Positions 56,560 through 64,000 of a stretch of 64,000 nt of DNA are shown here, in pieces (the stretch's first letter is position 1; every line of letters begins with the position of its first letter). Position numbers and translations under genes: made by a program. The notes below the pieces were generated by a model that was not told the DNA's origin, did no database searches, and worked only from the letters and a program-made list of their open reading frames with translations. This stretch comes from Candidatus Melainabacteria bacterium (lineage in GTDB: Bacteria > Cyanobacteriota > Vampirovibrionia > 2-02-FULL-35-15): NCBI GenBank assembly GCA_023250195.1, contig JAHFBF010000005.1:172025-236024 (forward strand), written 5' to 3'.

Positions 56560-58523
56560 TGATGGGTAACCTTTTGCTCTTTAAGTTCTCATTATTCCTT
56601 TTTATTACAGGGGCATTTTTTTCACTTATATTGGGATTTTATTCAAAGAAATTCAGTACATATGTTTCAGGAATTTTTGCTGCTGTTTCTGCATCGCTTA
56701 GCTTAGTAAGTTCAATTAATATTTTACTATATCAAAACAATTTCACTATCAAGCTACCAATAAACATTCCACTGCTGACAGCAAATATTGGAATGGATCC
56801 ATTCTCAGCATTTTTTATCTTTCTTATTTCACTCATTGCAATTCCTGTATCAATTTATTCAATTGGTTATATGAATTCAGAACCTTCAGATACACCGGTG
56901 CATATCTTAGGATTTTTATACAATTTGTTTTTATTATCAATGATTCTTGTTGTAAGTGCAAAGGATGCATTGCTATTTCTAATCTTTTGGGAATCCATGA
57001 CATTAATATCTTATGGATTAATTGTATCTAATACTTCTAGTGATGAATCACGATCTGCCGGTTTTATTTATTTGTTAATGACTCATATTGGCTCTGCGTT
57101 TTTGCTTTTTTTGTTTTTAATAATGGCAAATTATTCAGGAAGTTTTGCATTTGAATCATTTCATGATATCTATAAAACAATACCTGATAGTTTAAATCTT
57201 TTATTATTTGTTTTTGCTTTAATTGGTTTTGGAACTAAAGCAGGTTTAGTTCCTTTACACATATGGCTTCCAGAAGCTCATCCGGCAGCTCCCAGTCATG
57301 TATCTGCTCTTATGTCCGGAGTCATGATTAAAACAGCTATCTATGGAATACTGCGTATAACCTTTGATTTTCTGAATCCTGCATCATATTGGTGGGGAAT
57401 TGGATTACTTTTAATAGCAGTAACTACTGCATTAGTTGGCATTATTTATGCTTCTCAGGAAAACGATATAAAAAGACTTCTTGCATATAGCAGCATTGAA
57501 AATATTGGCATAATTTTTATTCCTATTAGTGCAGCAATTATTTTTTATAGCTTAAAGCTCTATGAGCTTGCAGGGATTTCAGTTGTTATAAGTTTATTTC
57601 ATACCTTAAACCATTCTATTTTTAAAGGATTACTTTTTATGGGTGCTGGTTCAGTAATTTCTGTAACACATACAAGAAACCTTATAAAACTTGGCGGGCT
57701 AATTAAAAAAATGCCGCAAACATCGTTATTCTTTCTAATAGGAGTATTAGCAGTATGTGCGTTTCCTCCACTTAACGGCTTTGCAAGTGAATGGCTTATA
57801 TTCCAAAATTTACTTTCATTATTCAAGACTTCTTCCAGTACCATAAAAATTGTAGCTATAATCTCTGCATCACTGTTAGGTTTAACAGGTGCTATATGTG
57901 CTGCAACTTTTTTAAAAGCATTCTCTGGTATATTCCTGGCATTTCCTAGAACACATCAGGCAGAATATGCTCATGAAGCCTCTTTATCCATGACTTTTGG
58001 CTTGTTTACATCTGCAGCATTATGCTTATTAATTGGGGTTTTGCCTTTATTTGTCATTTTGCCAATCTGCACTGCGGTTTCAACACTAATGAAATCAAGT
58101 AGTGTAACTCCTGAGATGTTTTCTGATGGAAATACCTTACATATAAGCAATATAATCCCTGGATATTATTCGCCTGTATTACTAACAATTCTTCTTATAG
58201 TATTTTCTCTTTTTGCACTTATCCTTCCCAAATTAATTGGCAGTAAAACTACCACGAGAAAGGATGAAACCTGGAGTTGTGGGATTACACCTAGAGCTGA
58301 GTTTGAATATACTCCCAGTGGCTATGCACAACCTTTAGAAGTTATTTTTTCAGGATTACATGTTCCTGCAGATTTTTATTATAAGTGGATTTATCTTCCT
58401 ATTTATAATGCTTTGCACAGGTTTTCTCATAAATTAAAACCAATTCAATCAGGAGTTGTGCAAATTTACCTGACTTATATCTTTGTTGCTTTAGTGGCTT
58501 GCATATTGTGGGTGAGTTTATGA
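56559..58523 (+). CDS. NuoL/HyfB/MnhA-like proton-translocating (antiporter-type) membrane subunit
   Basis: 654 aa, ~16 TM helices. Proton_antipo_M motifs (WLPEAHPAAPSHVSALMSGVMIKTAIYG). Confidence 0.8.
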   Translation: MMGNLLLFKFSLFLFITGAFFSLILGFYSKKFSTYVSGIFAAVSASLSLVSSINILLYQNNFTIKLPINIPLLTANIGMDPFSAFFIFLISLIAIPVSIYSIGYMNSEPSDTPVHILGFLYNLFLLSMILVVSAKDALLFLIFWESMTLISYGLIVSNTSSDESRSAGFIYLLMTHIGSAFLLFLFLIMANYSGSFAFESFHDIYKTIPDSLNLLLFVFALIGFGTKAGLVPLHIWLPEAHPAAPSHVSALMSGVMIKTAIYGILRITFDFLNPASYWWGIGLLLIAVTTALVGIIYASQENDIKRLLAYSSIENIGIIFIPISAAIIFYSLKLYELAGISVVISLFHTLNHSIFKGLLFMGAGSVISVTHTRNLIKLGGLIKKMPQTSLFFLIGVLAVCAFPPLNGFASEWLIFQNLLSLFKTSSSTIKIVAIISASLLGLTGAICAATFLKAFSGIFLAFPRTHQAEYAHEASLSMTFGLFTSAALCLLIGVLPLFVILPICTAVSTLMKSSSVTPEMFSDGNTLHISNIIPGYYSPVLLTILLIVFSLFALILPKLIGSKTTTRKDETWSCGITPRAEFEYTPSGYAQPLEVIFSGLHVPADFYYKWIYLPIYNALHRFSHKLKPIQSGVVQIYLTYIFVALVACILWVSL

Positions 58524-59491
58524 ACGAAGAATTGAAAATTATAATCATAATTTTTTGTCATTTAGCTATATTGCTCTTGCTTTCTCCACTTGTAAATTCC
58601 ATAATAAAAAAAACTAAAGCATTGCTGCAGGGAAGAAAAGGAATTCCACTGGCTCAAGGCTATTACGATTTAATTAAATATTTTCATAAGGAAACTGTTA
58701 TTTCAAACCAAACATCATGGATATTTCTTATAACACCGGTGATTCTTTTTTCTTCAATTCTTCTTGCAGGTTTATTTGTTCCACTGTTTTCTGAATTTGG
58801 AAGCATAAAGATTTTAGGAGGAATTATAGTTTTTGTTTATCTGCTGGGACTTGGCAGATTTTTTATGTCTCTTGCTGCTATGGAGCCTGGAAGTGGTTTT
58901 TGTGGAATGGCAAGCAGCAGAGAAATGATGCTTTCAGTTTTAATAGAGCCTGTCATGCTTCTTTCTCTTATTGTTTTATCCTTACTAGCCGACTCAACAC
59001 AAATTTTTACGATAATAAGTTCAATTGCAAGACATAATTTAACTTTGCCATCTACAGGCTATGTGCTTGCAATAATAGCTTTATTTATTATTTCAATAGC
59101 AGAAATAGGAAGGATTCCATTTGATAATCAAGAAACTCACTATGAACTTACTATGATACATGAAGGGATGCTTTTAGAGTATTCCGGCAAACTACTTGGA
59201 TTAATGATCTGGTCTGGCTGGTTAAAACAATTAATAATAATATCTTTAATCAGTAATCTAATTTTTCCATGGGGAATTACAAATACGTTTACTTTAAGCA
59301 GTATTTTAATTGGGTTCATATTTTATATTCTTAAGGTTTTTATATTTTCAATCTTTATTGCTTTAATCGAAACCATTATTGCAAAAGTCAGATTGTTTAG
59401 AGTAAAAGATATCCTGGTTGCTTCTTTTGTAATTTCAGTTTTAGCGTTAATTTTAATTATTCAGGAATCAGGAAAGGGTTCCTTACTATGA
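58520..59491 (+). CDS. NuoH/HycD/HyfC-like membrane subunit. Start taken at the Met overlapping the upstream stop (ATGA).
   Basis: ~8 TM helices. Conserved acidic loop FDNQETHYELTMIHEGMLLEYSG matches NuoH/HycD signatures (E...EGES-like). Confidence 0.7.
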   Translation: MNEELKIIIIIFCHLAILLLLSPLVNSIIKKTKALLQGRKGIPLAQGYYDLIKYFHKETVISNQTSWIFLITPVILFSSILLAGLFVPLFSEFGSIKILGGIIVFVYLLGLGRFFMSLAAMEPGSGFCGMASSREMMLSVLIEPVMLLSLIVLSLLADSTQIFTIISSIARHNLTLPSTGYVLAIIALFIISIAEIGRIPFDNQETHYELTMIHEGMLLEYSGKLLGLMIWSGWLKQLIIISLISNLIFPWGITNTFTLSSILIGFIFYILKVFIFSIFIALIETIIAKVRLFRVKDILVASFVISVLALILIIQESGKGSLL

Positions 59492-60159
59492 CAAACCTGC
59501 TAATTAAAGAACTAACACCTTCATTATTGAGTTACTCTACGGTTATTTTACTGTTAATGAGTATCTTAATTGCTGGCAGCAACAGATTACAATCCATAGT
59601 TAAATTTTATGCATTTCAGTCATTATGCTTAGTAGTAATCACACTGATTGTTGGATTTTCAACTAGTAATTCCGAGACTATTCGAATAGCAACAATTACA
59701 TTTATAGGCAAGTGCCTAATCATACCGTTAGCCTTAAATTTTGTTATAAATAAAACTCAGGTTCATAAAGAAGTTGATCCTATAATAAGCCCACCAACAA
59801 CGGTACTTATTGTCTGTATATTAATTGCGCTTGTATATGGTTTAACTTCAACACCAAATTTTGCAAAAATAGCTTATTCCTTAGGATTGTTTGATACGGC
59901 TATATCCATAATATTAATTGGATTATTAATAATGATAAGCAGAAGAAAAGCACTTACACAAATTGTTGGATTATATGTAATGGAAAATGGAATTTTTGCA
60001 CTTACAGTTGACACAGTGTTTGGAATGCCATTTGTTGTGGAGATGGGGATTTCTCTCGACTTATTTATTGGCGTACTGATAATGGGTATCTGGGTTCTTA
60101 GAATCAAACAATCGTTTGACTCGATAGATGTAAGTAAATTAAGCAAATTAAAAGGATAA
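59488..60159 (+). CDS. HyfE-like small membrane subunit of group-4 hydrogenase/Mrp-type modules
   Basis: 223 aa, 6-7 TM helices. Position between the HycD-like and HyfF-like genes, as in hyf operons. Confidence 0.45.
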   Translation: MTNLLIKELTPSLLSYSTVILLLMSILIAGSNRLQSIVKFYAFQSLCLVVITLIVGFSTSNSETIRIATITFIGKCLIIPLALNFVINKTQVHKEVDPIISPPTTVLIVCILIALVYGLTSTPNFAKIAYSLGLFDTAISIILIGLLIMISRRKALTQIVGLYVMENGIFALTVDTVFGMPFVVEMGISLDLFIGVLIMGIWVLRIKQSFDSIDVSKLSKLKG

Positions 60160-60163
60160 TATT

Positions 60164-61660
60164 ATGGATATAACTTTATTTTTTTTAATTCCAATTATCA
60201 CGGCAATACTTTGCTTAATACCAAATAACATTAGATGGTTAGCTCCCATTCAAATAGCCGGAACATCGTTTTTATTCCTAGTTGTAATTAGATTATTAAA
60301 TAATATCCTTCAATACAAGGTAATCAAAGCATTTAATAACCTGATTTATATAGATGCTTTTAGCGGGTTATTGATTTTATTAATTTCAACAGTTGGCTTG
60401 CTTGTTTCTTTATATTCAGCAGGGTACATGACTAAAAGCCCTGAAGGAAAAACTGTTTCCACCTGGAAATTGAAAAGATATTACTTCTTATTAAATATTT
60501 TTATACTTACCATGTTAACTGTAGTCACTGCAAATAACATTGGACTGGTATGGGTTGGAATTGAAATAACTACACTGGTCTCAGCATTCTTAGTAGGATA
60601 TTATAATAAGCAAACCAGTATTGAAGCTGCATGGAAGTACATCATACTCTGCACTGTAGGCATTGCATTTGCAATGATAGGAATTATTTTATGTTACTAC
60701 GGGGCTATTCATTCTGGAGGCATTGAGTCACTAAGTCTAAACTGGGATTATTTACTTTCAATAGGAAATAAGTTTGATCCAAGCATAATGAAACTAGCAT
60801 TTGTATTTATATTAATTGGCTATGGAACAAAAGCAGGTCTTGCTCCCATGCATTCATGGCTGCCTGATGCACACAGCGAAGCACCCACTCCTGTCAGTGC
60901 ATTACTTTCCGGTGTTCTTTTAAAATGCGGCATCTATAGCATTATTAGATTTTCTATTTTAGCTAATGAATCTCTAGGTGCAGCATTTACAAATCAGATG
61001 CTGCTTTTCTTTGGAATCCTTTCAATTGGATTATCAGTTCCATTTATAATTACCCAACACCAGATTAAACGTTTACTGGCATATAGCAGTCTTGAACATA
61101 TAGGAATAATTGTTACTGGTTTTGGGATAGGAAATCCAATATCAATCTTTGGTGCACTATTTCATATGCTTAACCATGCAATGGTGAAAACTTTAATGTT
61201 TTTTTCTGCCGGCAATCTTGCATTAAAATTTCAGACAAAAGATATGAGTAAAATCAAATGTGCGGTTAATATAATGCCCTTTACCGGAACAGTTCTTTTA
61301 ATTGGAGGGCTTGCTTTAGCTGGTTCTCCACCATTTTCAGTTTTTTTAAGTGAGTTTTATATTATCAAAGCTGGAATATTTGAAAAGCACTGGGTTATAA
61401 GTACATTATTTCTACTTTTCTTAGTTATTATTTTTGGGGCATTAATGCATCACATCATGGGCGTCACTCTTGGAAATAATTTAAACAATACAACGGAAGA
61501 AAAAGCTAATATACAAAAAGGAGAAGTAAGCAAATCAGGGATTGTAGCATCATTGATTCCTTTACTTATCATATGTTTATTGGGTGTTTGGATGCCACAA
61601 TCATTATTTAAACTGCTCAATGCATCTGTAGAAATTATTACAGGAAAGGGAATCTTATGA
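60164..61660 (+). CDS. NuoN/NuoM/HyfF-like proton-translocating membrane subunit
   Basis: 498 aa. WLPDAHSEAPTPVSALLSGVLLKCGIYS antiporter-module motif. Confidence 0.8.
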   Translation: MDITLFFLIPIITAILCLIPNNIRWLAPIQIAGTSFLFLVVIRLLNNILQYKVIKAFNNLIYIDAFSGLLILLISTVGLLVSLYSAGYMTKSPEGKTVSTWKLKRYYFLLNIFILTMLTVVTANNIGLVWVGIEITTLVSAFLVGYYNKQTSIEAAWKYIILCTVGIAFAMIGIILCYYGAIHSGGIESLSLNWDYLLSIGNKFDPSIMKLAFVFILIGYGTKAGLAPMHSWLPDAHSEAPTPVSALLSGVLLKCGIYSIIRFSILANESLGAAFTNQMLLFFGILSIGLSVPFIITQHQIKRLLAYSSLEHIGIIVTGFGIGNPISIFGALFHMLNHAMVKTLMFFSAGNLALKFQTKDMSKIKCAVNIMPFTGTVLLIGGLALAGSPPFSVFLSEFYIIKAGIFEKHWVISTLFLLFLVIIFGALMHHIMGVTLGNNLNNTTEEKANIQKGEVSKSGIVASLIPLLIICLLGVWMPQSLFKLLNASVEIITGKGIL

Positions 61661-63258
61661 ACCTGACTAATGAAGATTTAACATCTGCAAGATTGATGAG
61701 TTTACTAAAAGATTATCGCTCTGAAGCAAACACTATTAATCCTAATCATCTGATTTTTCTTATTGAAAAAGAATCTTTACAAAATGCAATAGAAACTTTG
61801 TATAAAGAAAATGATATTAAAACATTATTTCTTACCATGGTTGCAACAGATGAAAGACAATTAAATGGAAAATATAAATTGCATTTAATTTTTCTTATCC
61901 TTAATACAGATATTTTAGTAACATTTAAAATTAATTTAGATCAGACAAAACCTTCTTATCCTGCTATTAGCAAGTTCCTTCCTGCTGTGGAATGGTTCGA
62001 ACGTGAGATTCATGACATGTTTGGAATCGTTGCAGAAGGAATAGATTTGCCGCCGCTAGTACTTCATCGGGATTTTCCTCACGGGAAATATTTTCCTATG
62101 CGGAAAGATTTTGAGATAAATAAAGAAGTTACAATTTCAGAAGTACCACATCAATTTACACAACCACATGCAGAAGGAATGCATCAGGTAGCAGTCGGAC
62201 CGATACATGCCGGGATAATTGAACCTGGACATTTAAGATTCTGCACAATCGGTGAACAAATACTTGAATTTGATGCCCAGCTTTTTTACACACATAAAGG
62301 AATTGAAAAAATTGTAGAAGATAAAACTATAGAAGAAGGATTGGTATTAGCAGAGCATACATGTGGAATGTGTTCATATTCTCATTCTACGGCTTATTGC
62401 CAGGCAATTGAAAGTATTGGTCAAATCAATATTCCTAAAAGAGCTTTATATATAAGAACTATTTGTTTAGAACTGGAAAGATTAAGCAATCATTTATCAG
62501 ATCTGTCGGCAATCTGTTCTGCCGGTGGATTTGCTATTGCTTCAATGCCCGCCGCTAAGTTTAGAGAAAAAATTATGCAATTAATTTTTAAGCTTGCAGA
62601 ACACAGATTCTTTAGAGGATTAAATGCTATAGGTGGATTAAGCAAAGATATTAATGATGGCGACTTTGAGTTTCTGAAAAAGAATCTCCACGCCTTAAAA
62701 AAAGAATTTCACTCGTTGGAGGAAATGATAATTGGTTCAGATACGCTTCTTGATCGCCTTGAAACTACCGGGGAATTGAATTTCACGCAGGCAAAAAATA
62801 TTGGTTTGGTGGGTCCAGCAGCAAGAGCTTCTGGAATTGATATTGATTTAAGGAGAGATTTTCGCTATGCAGCTTATCAAGACTTTATCCTGCAATTCCA
62901 TATTGAAACAGAAGGAGACGCTTTGGCAAGAACAAAAATCAGAATTAAAGAACTTTATGAGACATTAAATTTCATCCCGAAAATTATTGATCAACTCCCT
63001 TCAGGAAGAGTTAAAGAAGAAATGCCTGAACTGCTTCCATTTCAACCTGGAATTGGAATAATAGAGTCTGCCAAAGGATCCCTTATACACTGGCTAATGT
63101 TAGATAATAAAAAGAAAATATTCAGATGGCATGTGAGAAGTGCATCATATATGAATTGGCGGGGTGTAGTGCAAGCAACAAAGGGAAACAATATTGTTCC
63201 TGATGCTCCACTTGTTAATAAGAGTTTCAATCTTTGTTATGCATGTGTTGACAGATAG
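61657..63258 (+). CDS. Group-4 [NiFe]-hydrogenase large subunit fused to an N-terminal NuoC-like domain (HycE/HyfG-type)
   Basis: NuoC-like PAISKFLPAVEWFEREIHDMFGI. L1 motif CGMCSYSH (CxxCxxxH). C-terminal L2 motif NLCYACVDR (CxxCxxR) at the very end. Confidence 0.8.
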   Translation: MNLTNEDLTSARLMSLLKDYRSEANTINPNHLIFLIEKESLQNAIETLYKENDIKTLFLTMVATDERQLNGKYKLHLIFLILNTDILVTFKINLDQTKPSYPAISKFLPAVEWFEREIHDMFGIVAEGIDLPPLVLHRDFPHGKYFPMRKDFEINKEVTISEVPHQFTQPHAEGMHQVAVGPIHAGIIEPGHLRFCTIGEQILEFDAQLFYTHKGIEKIVEDKTIEEGLVLAEHTCGMCSYSHSTAYCQAIESIGQINIPKRALYIRTICLELERLSNHLSDLSAICSAGGFAIASMPAAKFREKIMQLIFKLAEHRFFRGLNAIGGLSKDINDGDFEFLKKNLHALKKEFHSLEEMIIGSDTLLDRLETTGELNFTQAKNIGLVGPAARASGIDIDLRRDFRYAAYQDFILQFHIETEGDALARTKIRIKELYETLNFIPKIIDQLPSGRVKEEMPELLPFQPGIGIIESAKGSLIHWLMLDNKKKIFRWHVRSASYMNWRGVVQATKGNNIVPDAPLVNKSFNLCYACVDR

Positions 63259-63269
63259 AAAGGAACATC

Positions 63270-63815
63270 GTGTTAAATATTTTAAAATATTGTAGTACTA
63301 AAAATAAAGAAGTAAATGATCTTTTATTACCTATGATTAATGCATCAAATATTGAAGATGTAAAAATTGAATTGTCTAAAATTGAACTTCTGGATAAAAA
63401 TGTTAGGAAAGCATTGAGCAGATCTATACTTATACGTCATTTAGATACAGGTTCCTGTAATGCAGAAGAAGCTGAACTCCTTGCGCTATCCAATCCCATA
63501 TATGATGTAACCAGATTTGGTATTGATTTTACTGCTTCACCAAGGCATGCAGATGTTTTAACAGTAAGTGGACCTGTAACCAGACATCTTAAAATTGCAA
63601 TGGAAAAAACATATAATGCAATGCCTTCTCCAAAAATTGTAATAGCTCTTGGAGATGGTGCTTGTAATGGTTCTATTTATGAAAATACATATGCTTGTTT
63701 AGGAAAAATAGATAATTTCTTGCCAGTAAATATTTATATTCCTGGTAACCCACCTACGCCAATTCAAATTCTTAAAGGATTACTTCTCTGCAAGTATTTA
63801 TTGAACAAAAAATAG
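63270..63815 (+). CDS. NuoB/HycG-like hydrogenase small subunit, short (181 aa), with only 2 of the 4 canonical [4Fe-4S] Cys ligands
   Basis: FGIDFTASPRHADVLTVSGP aligns to NuoB RFG..RASPRQ.D. GSCNAEE versus canonical SCCxVEM. GACNGS versus GACANSGG. IPGNPP versus PGCPP. Confidence 0.7.
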   Translation: MLNILKYCSTKNKEVNDLLLPMINASNIEDVKIELSKIELLDKNVRKALSRSILIRHLDTGSCNAEEAELLALSNPIYDVTRFGIDFTASPRHADVLTVSGPVTRHLKIAMEKTYNAMPSPKIVIALGDGACNGSIYENTYACLGKIDNFLPVNIYIPGNPPTPIQILKGLLLCKYLLNKK

Positions 63816-63819
63816 AAAT

Positions 63820-63959
63820 CGGACCTCAGGTACAAAGTGAGAACTAAATTAATGGAGCATAAAGGTCATATTTACATACCGGATTTAGCCCCTGTTGCAT
63901 GATTCACCACCTAGTCAGTCCTCTTCACTGTATCTCACAGGGACAGATTTGCTTTATCA
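63820..63959 (+). repeat. Intergenic repeat family, copy D (longest)
   Basis: cggacctcaggtacaaagtgagaactaaattaATGgagcataaaggtcatatttacataccggatttagcccctgttgcaTGAttcaccacctagtcagtcctcttcactgtatctcacagggacagatttgctttatca. Embedded ORF MEHKGHIYIPDLAPVA (63852-63902). Confidence 0.55.
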
Positions 63960-64000
63960 TTGGCTGAGAAGCTTTTTACAGTACAATCTTTGCAATGAGG

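Overview
This 64 kb window comes from a low-GC (roughly one-third GC) bacterial chromosome; the lineage cannot be assigned from sequence alone. The first ~33 kb is mostly housekeeping:
- a partial Zn-ribbon/Lys-Glu-Arg-rich gene running off the window start, tRNA-Ala(CGC), and a sigma-70 factor;
- a complete condensin operon (smc-scpA-scpB);
- pyrD, followed by the tail of the ribosomal spc/alpha operon (adk-map-infA-rpmJ-rpsM-rpsK-rpoA-rplQ);
- recN, three orphan periplasmic substrate-binding proteins, and dapB;
- a small mobile patch: a C-terminally truncated/degenerate XerD-like recombinase, YraN, and an IS200-type/RAYT-like HUH transposase carrying REP-like palindromes;
- dut, a Ski2-like helicase operon, a HEAT-repeat protein, a slipin and a DUF1501 protein.

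From ~33.9 kb onward the content looks accessory:
- a Cys-rich secreted peptide, tRNA-Val(CAC), and a VanX-like dipeptidase whose 3' end is duplicated downstream;
- tandem small ORFs sharing a duplicated leader;
- cystathionine beta-synthase and cystathionine gamma-lyase split by a VapBC toxin-antitoxin pair, and a signal-peptide SurE;
- a secreted metzincin with a poly-Ser tandem-repeat linker, an Ogg1-type glycosylase, and a signal-peptide truncated haemoglobin with Pro-rich repeats;
- an island of ORFan genes (48.9-55.3 kb) with no recognisable family.

The most unusual content is two linked things. First, a ~110-140 bp repeat family in four same-orientation copies, each just 3' of a + strand gene. 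Second, bracketed by two of those copies, an ArsR + AceTr-channel + six-gene group-4 [NiFe]-hydrogenase / complex-I-like operon. That operon has no HycF/NuoI ferredoxin subunit, and its small subunit retains only 2 of the 4 canonical N2-cluster cysteines.

No rRNA genes or CRISPR arrays are present. All calls are made by eye from the six-frame translations and the DNA; no database search was possible.
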